A stretch of 64,000 bases of DNA. Source: Octopus sinensis. Taxonomy: Eukaryota. This document shows positions 38,834-50,233 of this stretch, in pieces. The stretch spans positions 103,540,001-103,604,000 of the forward strand of contig NC_043004.1 in the NCBI RefSeq assembly GCF_006345805.1. Direction: 5' to 3'. The translations under genes were made by a program, and so were the position numbers. The notes below the pieces were generated by a model that saw only the letters and a program-made list of their open reading frames with translations, had not been told where the DNA came from and ran no database searches. Position 1 is the stretch's first letter. Each line of letters opens with the position of its first letter.

Positions 38834-39684
38834 TACGGTTGATTGTGCATGTGCTGTTGGTATTTTTCGTTTCTCATTTGTTTTGTAACCAATTGATGAA
38901 CTGATTCCCCATATTTTTATGCGCATTTATTGTATCCCAATGGGGCTTTGTCTGGATTAAGTTGTGGTTTTTGGGGTTGCTGGTCCATAGGCAGTGCGGT
39001 TCATAGTCCGGAAATTACGGTACACGAATGTAATGACGTTGATTATCCAGCATTTTATAGGGGACAGCGAATCATTGAGAAAAATGTAAAATCTTTTGAA
39101 AAGTTTAAGGACCATTGGTTTGTATAGAGGGTGGGTAACCTATAAACCCTATATATAGCATGAAGCGCTCACAGTCATTGTATCTACCAATGCAGTTTAC
39201 TTAAAATATTCATTTTTCCTGTTGATATAAGACCAGTCCCTCCATTGTAATTCAGCAATTTGACACCTAATATATGACCATCACTAGTGAGTTGTGGAGG
39301 GCTTTTGCCTTTTCTTTTTACTTTGTTCTCTTTGTGTTGCTAGGTAACCTCACTAGTGTTGGTGGTATGATAAAAAAAAAAAAAGCATCCACTACACTCT
39401 GTAAAGTGGTTGACATTAGGAACGACATACAATTGTCGAAACCATACTAAATCTGACACTGGAGCTCAACAGAGCTCTTCGGCTTGCTGGATCATGTCAA
39501 ATCATCCAACCCATGCCAGTATAGAAAACATGACGATGTCAGAGGTGATGCGATATTTAGGAGAAGTGTATTGAAGGTTGCATTAAATTTTAATATAAAT
39601 CAAAAAATTTGCTAATGAATTATTTATGATGTTACATTTCCCATTTGCAGTGAGATGTTTAATTGCAATTGATTTACTTTCTAG

Positions 39685-39823
39685 GACTGAACAATCCAGA
39701 ACTTCTTGATATCATCAGTGATCTCGTGAACAAAAAGCAATTGAAAGATCTCAGTATTATTGGCTGTGAAACAGAAGATGGCGTGTTCCGTAGACTTCTG
39801 AATTGTCTACTCAAGAGTTACAG
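39685..39823 (+). CDS. LRRC41: LRRC41-like LRR exon (LKDLSIIGC)
   Basis: TTCTAG acceptor, CAG|GTATTT donor, 139 nt, phase 1-2, in frame. Confidence 0.9.
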
Positions 39824-40070
39824 GTATTTCATTGAATTTATACTGACTTTGAGAAGTGGTATTTTCTATGTTGTTAACCTGCATCCATCCTGGTGTTAGT
39901 CTCCAATATGTTTCATTTATATCATTTTTGATGTATGGATGTACACAAATATGGGGCGCTTTGTAATTATAAGTCACAAAATTGGGAGTCTAGGAATAAA
40001 AAATGAAAAAACAAACACCACCAGTCTTGTGATTTTCAACTCAAAAGCGACAGACAGGAATAGTATAACT

Positions 40071-40388
40071 TATTTATTATTTTTTTAATTTATGCACCCT
40101 TTTCAAGCCTAACCAGGCTCATGGGCCCGGTTTCTATGGTGTATGTGTTCCCCCCAGCTGGACAGGATGCCAGTCCATCGCAGCGTTACTCAAGAAACAG
40201 GAAGAAAGAGAGAGAGAAAGTTGGGGTGAAAGAGTACAACAGGGGTCGCTACCACCTCCTGCCAGAGCCTCGTGGAGCTTTAGGTGTTTTTGCTCAATAA
40301 ACGCATACAACGCCCGGTCTGGGAATTGAAACCGCAATCCTCCGACCACGAGTCCGCTGCCTTAACCACTGGGTCATTGCGCCTCCAC
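40071..40388 (-). mobile_element. SINE family C copy with a 10-bp TSD
   Basis: Same head as 32653. TSD TAGTATAACT at 40061-70 and 40389-98. Confidence 0.88.
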
Positions 40389-41456
40389 TAGTATAACTAT
40401 CATCACTTTAATGTCATTTAGAAGATAAAACTAGTAGGGTCTTGAAACATTGTGTGTTGGGAATTTATTTAAATGAAAGAGTATCACAACACCTTAATTA
40501 GTGACTTAATTAAATGGATCATATTTATATTTTGAATGAGACACTTATTCACACCCACTCTCACTCATACTCTCACTCACTCATTGGAATGTTTAGTTTG
40601 AAATAATTAGCATTTCACTTATGAACTGCAATTGATTTCTGTGAATTTTAAAAAATACTCGTCACATTTTATCCATTATATACAAGTACAATATAAATTT
40701 CTGGAACCCTTGGTTTCAAAACCAATTCTAGATTACTGTTTTTTCCAAATCTTGTGTTGTCGCACTCTTGACATATTAAATTTATTTAAATGATTAAATG
40801 AAATACAGATACTCGTTCATTAGTATAAATGATACACATGTATTGATACCATTGGCATCCAGCTGTAGAAACCATGCTCTGGTCAAACTGTCCAACCCAT
40901 GGACAACAGACTTAAATGGTGATGATGTGCTGTGCGAGGTACCAGTAAACTAGTCTCATCGCCACTGAAATTTGAAATCCCTGCTTGTAGATTAGTGTGG
41001 ATTATAAGAGGTTCCAGACCATCTGTCTCCAGAAAGTTGGTGTTGTACTTGTGTCCATAATAATATTTTCCTTATTAACAAGATCAAAAATCAACTTTTT
41101 TTAAAATGAAGGCATGAACAACAAATGACCACATGCCTCATCTCTTTAATTCTAAAGTATCATAATCAGTCATATCGTTGAGAAATGTGAGAGCTAGAAT
41201 GAAATATTGGATTTTTGTTTATTGGAGCATCAAGGGTTTGAATCCAGTTTCATACGTTACCCTATGCCCTTGAACAAGATACTTCATTAAATAAACTCCT
41301 GTTGAATTTAAGTGCTACTGATATATTTCGAATCTGATAATGTTTCTTATTCTAAGATGTACAAAATTCTGAATTGTTTTCAAAAGATGTGTGTTCTTTG
41401 TTTCTATTTAATTAAACAAATTACCTTAATCAATTTATATTACTTGATACCTTCAG

Positions 41457-41548
41457 AGATGACGGTAAGAAAGAAGGGTTGAATTTACTCAATATTCAAA
41501 GTTTGGCTGATCCAAGCATCACCTGTTCTGCTATTTTACCTCAAGCTG
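41457..41548 (+). CDS. LRRC41: LRRC41-like exon (DDGKKEGLNLLNIQSLADPSITCSAILPQA)
   Basis: CTTCAG acceptor, CTG|GTGAGT donor, 92 nt, phase 2-1. It restores the frame between the flanking exons. It is absent from the ORF track. Confidence 0.85.
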
Positions 41549-43224
41549 GTGAGTAATGTTTTAGATTATAATTACCTTAATTTCTAATATATTGTCTTGT
41601 TTGATTGGTGTTAACTCTGTGGCACGTGTTTTAAAAATTATATTTTTCTGAAATGCTGTTTAAGGGACGAAACTTACTCTCTTGGCAATGCATTTCTCTC
41701 CCTTGAGTTTTGTTGCTTGTGAGATTTTTTTCTCTTTTTGTCTGAACCTATGAAATTGCTTGAAGCTGTCTTTCTTTATCTAATCTGGTCATTATGTGTC
41801 ACTGATCATCAAGAGATGTATGGTTACATAGTGTATAATCTACATTGGATTTTATTTCAAGAGATACAAGAAGACAGTTATTGTTGGTTAGAATAAAGCC
41901 ATTCCCAAACGAATAGACCAATGATTAACTGTATAATCCCCAGCTGTGATAATCCCATCTTTTAGTTTGGCAGTCTGTTTAGGATTGTGTTATCCAATGC
42001 ATCCTTCCTTTCTTTTCTTAAAATCTCATTTGAGGGAAAGATTAGTTATTTTGAACAGTTTGGGCTCACAATAAGTAAATTTTGAATAACAGTTGCACAT
42101 TGAAGCTGTAGGCTCATTTATTTAGCAGCACATTTTTGTAGAAGCTTCCAACAAATATTGAAGTGGCAGTTTTTTTTGAAGACCCAAGTCTAGGTTTGAG
42201 CCCAGCAGATCTAAATAATGATTGATAGCAATCATAAGTGGGTATATTGGGAAGGGAGATCAACAAATAAACTTATTATTACTGGTCAGAGTTGGAAACT
42301 AATTTTTACGTTTCATGGCCTTAAGTTTTCCTAAACTATTTAATTTGTTGAAAAATCTGTTTATCACCTAAATGCCCGTATATACTATTATATATACGTT
42401 ATTTTATGAAGTACTGTATATATCAAAATATTCGTCAGTCCTCTACACTGACATAATTCCATTATAACTATTGGGTATTACTTACTAAAAAAGTACAATT
42501 CTAGAATGACTTGATATTTCTTTCGTATTTTATCTAAATCTAAGGAAAAAAAGTACAGATTTATCTCCCTTGCACTTGAGTCTGTGTTGAGATAAATTTT
42601 CCTTTTCAAATGACTCTAAGACTTTTCAGGTTTTATAACTATGTACTAAATCATTACCAATATTACTGCTATTTTTTATTACCATTGTTTTTGCTGGTAT
42701 TATCGATATTATTACTACTGTTATTACAGTTGGACGTCAGTAATGAAAATTTTTAAAAAATGTATGAGAAAATGCAAACCCTTCAAACAACAAGATGTCA
42801 TATTAAACTTTTAGTTAACCAGAGTATGGAGAAAGACATCTGAGACGACTAATGTCTTTTTTTATTTCAAGTCTAAATCTTTATTCTTTTGGGTTTTCAA
42901 AATGAGAAATACTAATATTATACTGGGAGCAATTCAGTCCACAATACACTTTTCTCTGCCTTGTGCGTAATCATAAGAGTCTGGAGTGACAGAAACAGTA
43001 GAATAGTTAGTTGTCTCCTTTCAGTTTCCTAATTCAAATCCTTCTAAAATTAGTCATTGTCTTTTATTCTTAGTGGGCAAATAACTAGTAATGGTCTATA
43101 TAGTCAACTAAACCTGTAAATTTGCAGTTACCTACGTTAGAAACGATTATTATTTAATTCTAATTATCTCAAGTCTTGTTCTAACTCCTGAAGTCTCACA
43201 TACATAGTGGGCTTGTTTCCTGTG

Positions 43225-43391
43225 GCTTCAACTATAATACTTTCCTGATTATTCCGGCTGTGCCAAAAGAGGCAAACCTTTTCTAACAGTTCTACTGGGA
43301 ACTCTATTCTGATTTCCTTTATATTTTTCTTGATGCCTTCTGATACTATCTCCAAGGAACCAACAATAATTGGCACTATCTTCACCCTCAT
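43225..43391 (-). mobile_element. C-terminal remnant of an RLE-type (R2/R4-like) non-LTR retrotransposon
   Basis: VKIVPIIVGSLEIVSEGIKKNIKEIRIEFPVELLEKVCLF resembles the ..IPIVIGALG...LQK..LLGT terminal motif. Confidence 0.6.
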
Positions 43392-43895
43392 TTTCTACAG
43401 CTGAAATATTTTGTACTTAAGAAGACAATTGTATACATATGTTAAGGGAAACATGAGATAGTGGCAGCCTTCTGCAGCAGTGATCTGGAAACCTGAACAG
43501 TGGTCACAACGTTTTTTGTCACAGACTTTTGTTAGGATTCACTGCATTTGGGAAATTGAGTGACTAAATTGAGAAATACTCCACAAAATATTGTATGAAT
43601 TCTCTCAATTTATTGTTTGAGACTTGTACCACAAGTCTCTCTACTTTCAGGATAGGGGACTTAGCCAATCACAGACTGAAATCGATGTAATTCTGCCCAT
43701 ACACTTGGGCTCCAGATATTGGGGTACACGTTTATGGATCAAGATACAGTCTTGTATTAGAAGCAGAGAAATACAAGGGTGATGAGCAAGCATATTCCTA
43801 AAAATAAATCTGTTATCTTGTGCCTATGTTAGAAATCATTATTATTAGTTCTTTCATTATTCTATGCTTCACCTTCTCTGTTATTTTTCTTGCAG

Positions 43896-44063
43896 AACCC
43901 CTGTATGGTGTGAAGACCTTGATTCTCCGTGATAATACTTTTGATGTGTTTGGTGTGACAGGCTTGCTAAGGATTATTACATATGACAATGCACTTGTTA
44001 AACTAAACCTCAAATGTTGCTTCCTACATGCCTGGATGGGTCAGTTACTGGCTGCTATAGCAT
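43896..44063 (+). CDS. LRRC41: LRRC41-like LRR exon (VKTLILRDN...LVKLNLKCC)
   Basis: TTGCAG acceptor, CAT|GTAAGT donor, 168 nt, two LxxLxL motifs. Confidence 0.92.
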
Positions 44064-46015
44064 GTAAGTAGTTTGTCTTTGAATAGCATTCTTTAATTTT
44101 ACTAATTCAACTATAAAAACTTTGAGTTAAGAAAAAAAACAAAAATGAATTCCTACATTATCCTAAGTTAGATGGTTCTGCAAATTTTGGCATTATCATC
44201 AATTTATGTCTGCTTTTCATGCTGAAGTGGGTTGGACAAGTCATCACACTTTCACTCAATTCTTATTTAATGTTACATTCTGATCTTAGGATGGTTTCTA
44301 TGGCTGGATGCCCTTCCAAACACCAGTCAGTTTTTACTTGGTATGTTTTATTATGGCACCAACACTAGTGAGGTTACCATGTATCTTGTAAGAATAAGGA
44401 GTCCTCATTGTTACATATTGTCTCTATTTAATGCAGTGTAACCAGAAAAGAGGTTGTTGACAAGATAGATTAGTATTTGTAGTGAAAGTAGCAAGAAGAT
44501 GGCAAGAGAAAAATTATTAGATGTGAGGGTGATAGACGAAGGAGTAATGGAATATGGTGTTGGCAGAAGATAATGAGAGATAGGTGGTGATGCCAGGTAT
44601 GTTTGTTTGTAAGTAGGTAGTGGGTGATGGTAGGAGTGATGAATGTCAATAACAAGTTACCTGGAGGAGAGGAAGTGAAGGTGAAGTGTGTCAGATCCCA
44701 ATATATGGTTCAGTCTCTTGTTACATATGCAACATGATGGGAGAGAGAAAGTTTTCTTGTTCTTCTTGCATTGATAACCACTCAACTATGAATCTGTTGA
44801 TGGTATCTGTTTTTGATTGAGATATGAAGAGTAATATGCAGAAGAAGAACAGTGACTCTGGTTTTGTGCACTCTGACCAGTTTAATCTTAAACCCAACAG
44901 TTTCACTTTGGGTTATATCGGTTAGAAATTAGATGAAGCTGTTAAAACCACAATTTTGAAGTAATAAGTTCATTTAGTACTTACAAACCTGTGCTTTGTC
45001 AACATTATTGAATATTTGAACATATTGCATATTAATTTTTCCTTTGTTATTATCTGTCTGACATTTAAATGTATCTGTCCTAATTCTCAGCTGGGGCAGT
45101 TAGTACAGCACACATTTTGTTTTGTTCCTTCCAAACTACGAATACTAGAAAGGAGAAAATGGATATGAGGTACCAAGCATAAAAAAATTACTTATGTTTG
45201 CTGATACTGTTTATTTTATGAATTCCTAAGAGATAACAAAGACAGATTCTAAGCAGGATACCAAAAACACCAAGCTAGATAATGCATTTACATAGTTTGG
45301 TTTTCTCATAACTGACAATGTCATACGTTTTATTAAAAACCACTGAATAAGTCAAATATCAAATCAAGTACCAAAAGCATAGCAATATATATAATTGTTG
45401 TGGTCATGCTGGAGCATCGCTGAGCACACCTCTCTTTTGAAAGAACCCCAGACATTCATGATCAATCATTACAGCCATGTATGATTTTATTTTTGTTAGG
45501 TGTATATTATATTTGACTGCGGCCATGCTGGAGCACTGCCTTTACTCAAGCAAATTGACCCCAGGACTTATTCTTTGTAAGCCTAGTACTTATTCTATCG
45601 GTCTTCTTCTGCTGAACCGCTAAATTATGGGGACGTAAACATGCCACCTTCGGTTGTCAAGCGATGTTGTGGGGACAAATGCAGACACACACACACACAC
45701 ACATATATATACAATGGGCTTCTTTCAGTTTCCGTGTACCAGATCCACTCACAGGGATTTGGTCGGCCCAAGACTATAGTAGAAGACACTTGCCCAAGAT
45801 GCCACACAGTGGGACTGAACCCGGAACCATGTGGTTGGTAAGCAAGCTACTTACCACACAGCCACTCCTGCACCTAAAAATGTTATCCGTTACTGTACAA
45901 ATTGACTGTTCAAGTTTCATGTATTAAGATCATATGGCAGTTGTACCAGAAAGTCACATAAAAGCTTTACCCCATTGAATATGTCGTATGAAAGTTAGAA
46001 AAGAGAGACATGATA

Positions 46016-46048
<33 letters not shown>

Positions 46049-46060
46049 TTATATATTTAT

Positions 46061-49000
46061 ATATAAAGTAATTGTGGTGGGTAGATAAAGTAATTGAGGT
46101 AATCAGAGTAAGTGACAGAATACTTAAGATTAGATTAGTGCTTCATCATAGTTTAGCAACCATTATATCAGCCTATGCTCCTCAGTCGGGGCTACCCGAT
46201 GGACAGAAAGACCGATTCTATGACACTCTACTGCAGACTACCTCATTGACGAACGACAGAGACCTTATCTTTGTGGCTGGTGACTTCAATGGTCACGTTG
46301 GACGACATGCTGGGGGCTTCCATGGCGTACATGGAGGCTATGGCTATGGCTCCCGCAATGAGGAGGGAACCAGGCTGCTGGAGTTCTGCGATGCAAATAA
46401 TCTTATGATTTGCAACACTAACTTCAGGAAACCTACCAGCCACCTAGTCACTTACCAATCGGGCCAACATACCAGCCAAATTGACTACATCCTTACAAGG
46501 CAAAGGGAGAGATGGCTGCTTATAAATGCCAAAACCTTCCCAGGTGAAGAATGTACCCCACAACATAGACTGGTAGTTAGTGACTTTAGGATCAGGACTA
46601 GGAGGACAACCAGAAGACGACAAATATGGAGAAGAAGGATCTGGAAGCTTAAAGATCCTGCAAATGGACAGAGATTTAGGGACATATTACTTGAAGCCTC
46701 TGACGAAGTAGAAGGGGATAGAGCATCACAGGGGGTAGAAGACAGCTGGACGTTTCTAAGGGACAACCTGCTGAGAGCCACTGACCAGATCTGTGGCTGG
46801 TGCAAAGTCCCCTCTCGACCTAGAATAACGTGGTGGTGGAACAATATTGTAGACAGGGCTATTAGAGAAAAGAGACAGGCTTGGAAGGTCTGGAAAAATG
46901 GGGGTAGCAGGGAATTGTATCAGACTGCCAAAAGAGAAGCTAGGAGAGAGGTTTATTTAGCCAGAGGGGAAGCAGATAAGAAAAAATTTGCCAATGTTCT
47001 GCGCCGTGAGGACCAAAGACTGGAGGTGTTTCGTGTTGCAAGACAGTGTGTGAGAGAGAATCGTGATGTGGTAGGAGAGAAGTGTGTTCGCATGGAAGAT
47101 GGTTCACTTGCGCTAAATGAGGATGCAAAGAGAGAGGTTTGGAGATGCCACTATGAAAGGTTGCTGAATGAAGAAAATGAATGGGATAAAGAGAGTCTGC
47201 CGAATGTTGACCCAACAGAGGGACCAGCTATCCGAGTTGATAGTTCTGTGGTAGCTAAGGCAATTAGAAGCATGAAGACAGGGAAAGCCCCAGGCCCATC
47301 AGGAATCACTGCAGAGATGCTCAAAATGTCTGGTAGTGTCGGCTATAGCCTAGTCACCCATATAGTTAATCAGGTGATACACAAAGGGGTCATACCCAAT
47401 GACTAGTGTAGCAGTATAATAGTCAACTGCTACAAAGGTAAAGGTGATGCCCTAGATACAAATAACTACAGAGGTATCAAGCTGTTGGACCAGGTGATGA
47501 AGGTTACGGAGAGGGTCATAGCCCAACTAATTAGAGAGAGAGTTAGTTTAGATGAGATGCAGTTTGGGTTTGTGCCAGGGAAAAGTACTACTGATGCTAT
47601 ATTCCTGGTAAGGCAGCTGCAGGAGAAATACCTAGCCAAAGATAAGCCCCTGTACCTGGCTTTTGTTGACATGGAGAAAGCCTTCGACAGGGTCCCCCGA
47701 TCCCTTATCTGGTGGGCAATGAGAAAACTAGGGATAGATGAATGGTTAGTGAGAGCTGTGCGGGCCATGTATAGGCACGCCGCTAGTAGGGTGAGGGTTG
47801 GAAATGAGTACAGTGAAGAATTCCGGGTAGAGGTAGGGGTCCACCAAGGCTCAGTACTCAGCCCCCTCCTATTATCATAGTCCTCCAGGCAATAACGGAG
47901 GAATTCAAGACAGGATGCCCTTGGGAGCTCCTCTATGCTGATGACCTTGCTCTAATTGCTGAGTCGCTATCAGAACTGGAGGAGAAGTTTCAGGTGTGGA
48001 AACAAGGATTAGAATCGAAGGGTCTCAGAGTCAATCTAGCTAAAACCAAAGTCGTAATCAGTAGGAAGGTAGACAAATCACAAACACCTTCAGGTAGATG
48101 GCCTTGCTCGATCTGTAGAAAAGGTGTAGGTAGAAACTCTATAAGATGCACCAAGTGTAAGCTATGGACACATAAGAGATGCAGCAATGTCAAAGGAAGG
48201 CTAACTAGGAAGATGGTTTTTGTATGTGGCAGATGCTCAGGAACAATAAACACTGAAAATGCTCTGAGACCAACTTCCGTCACTTTCCAGGGAGAAAAAA
48301 CTAGAAATAGTTGATAGTTTCCGTTACCTAGGTGACCAAGTCAGCAGCGGGGGCGGGTGTGCTGAAAGTGTAACTGCTAGAGTAAGAATAGCTTGGGCAA
48401 AGTTCAGAGAGCTCTTACCTCTGCTGGTGACAAAAGGCCTCTCGCACAGAGTGAAAGGCAGACTGTATGATGCGTGTGTACGAACAGCCATGCTACATGG
48501 CAGTGAAACATGGGCCGTGACTGCTGAGGATATGCGTAAGCTCGCTAGAAATGAAGCCAGTATGCTCCGATGGATGTGTAATGCCGGTACTCACACTCGG
48601 CAGAGTGTAAGTACCTTGAGAGAAAAGCTGGACCTAAGAAGCATCAGTTGTGGTGTGCAGAGAGAGACGTTTGCGCTGGTATGGTCATGTGGCGAGAATG
48701 GATGAAGATAGTTGTGTGAAAAAGTGCCACACCCTAGCGGTTGAGGGAACCTGTGGAAGAGGCAGACCCAGGAAAACCTGGGACGAGGTGGTGAAGCACG
48801 ACCTTCGAACTTTAGGTCTCACTGAGGAAATGACTAGAGACCAAGACCTCTGGAAGTGTGCTGTGCGCGAGAAGACCCGGCAGGACAAGTGAGTCCACAA
48901 CCCGTGGCCTTCTACATGGGATGGAGCCAGCCTACGTATGCATACCTTCCCTTCTTGGGACACAAAACTCTACTTGTGAAGACGTGTTGAGGCAAGTGAG

Positions 49001-49493
49001 GATCAGAATCGAAATCGATCAATGGAAATTGCGGATGTGCTACCAGTGCCAGTGGCATGTCGAAACTCTGCTTGTGAAGACCCATTGAGGCAAGTGAGGA
49101 TCAGAATCGAAATCGATCAATGGAAATCGATCAATGGAAATTGCAGATGTGTTACCAGTGCCGGTGGCATGTAAGAGAACTTTCCGTTTCGCGACCGTTG
49201 CCAGCACCGCCCCGTTTCGTGTCCGTTGCCAGCCTCGCCTGGCCCTCGTGCCGGTGGCACATAAAAAGCACCATCCGTTCGTGGCCGTTTGCCAGCTCTG
49301 TCTGGCACCAGTGCGGGTGGCACGTAAAAAGCACCCACTACACTCACGGAGTGGTTGGCGTTAGGAAGGGCATCCAGCCGTAGAAACACTGCCAGATTTG
49401 ACTGGGCCTGATGAAGCCTTCTGGCTTCACAGACCCCAGTAGAACCGTCCAACCCATGCTAGCATGGAAAACGGACGCTAAATGATGATGATG
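46061..49493 (+). mobile_element. 5'-truncated, disabled RTE-clade LINE (APE endonuclease + reverse transcriptase + PHD finger + ~600-nt 3' UTR with (TGA)n tail)
   Basis: EN motifs: AYAPQ, GDFNGHVG, SQIDYIL. RT motifs: KAPGPSG, NYRGIKLL, QFGF, DMEKAFDRV, GVHQGSVLSP, YADD (47934-45), YLG. C-terminus: RGRPRKTW. Defects: premature TAG at 47404-06 and frameshifts near 47872, 48298 and 48660. A 16-bp TSD ATATTTATATATTTAT lies at 46045-60 and 49494-509. Confidence 0.97.
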
Positions 49494-49827
49494 ATATTTA
49501 TATATTTATCATCATCATCGTCGTTTAACGTCCGCTTTCCTTGCTAGCATGGGTTGGACGGTTTGACTGTGGGCTGGCAAACCAGATGGCTGCACCAGGC
49601 TCCAGTCTTGATCTGGCAGAGTTTCTACAGCTGGATGCCCTTCCTAACGCCAACCACTCCGAGAGTGTAGTGGGTGCTTTTACGTGCCACCGGCACAGGG
49701 GCCAGTCAGGTGGTACTGGCAACGACCTCGCTCAAATTTTTATACACATGCCTACGGCACAGGTGCCAGTAAAGCGATGCTGGTAATGATCCCGCTCGAA
49801 TGGTGCCTCCTACATGCCACCGGCATA

Positions 49828-50045
49828 TATATATGAATAAATGAAAGAATGGAGTCGAACGAAGATGTTAATAAAATTCCTTTACTCTCGACACGTTTTG
49901 AAGACGGCATACTCTTATTCTGAAGGAATAAAGGGTGCATTATTCCTTTGGAATAAGAGTATGCCGTCTTTGAAACATGTGTCGAGAGTAAAGCAATTTT
50001 GTTAACATCTTTGTTCGACTCCATTCTTTCATTTATTCATATATA
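49828..50045. repeat. 218-bp near-perfect palindrome (~105-bp arms, 8-nt loop AGGGTGCA)
   Basis: 49828-49931 pairs with 49940-50045. The exceptions are 6 G-T pairs, 1 C-C mismatch and one 2-nt bulge. Confidence 0.97.
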
Positions 50046-50182
50046 AAAAACACACAAATTTCCACACAAGAACCCGGAGTTTCTACCCTTGACAGGTCGC
50101 TTCAACCGTGTTTTCTGACGTGAATTTGCTACCCAGGTATCGGTTAAACGAATTTTCCATGCTAGGATAATTCATTCACCTA

Positions 50183-50185
<3 letters not shown>

Positions 50186-50230
<45 letters not shown>
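50186..50230. repeat. (TA)n microsatellite
   Basis: Visible. Others lie at 520-548, 46029-46065, 58075-58130 and 63573-63660. Confidence 0.95.

Positions 50231-50233
<3 letters not shown>

Noticed and set aside
49932-49990. Functional hammerhead ribozyme in the palindrome arm
   Set aside because: GAAAC...GTC is present, but the CUGANGA core box is not found in either arm.
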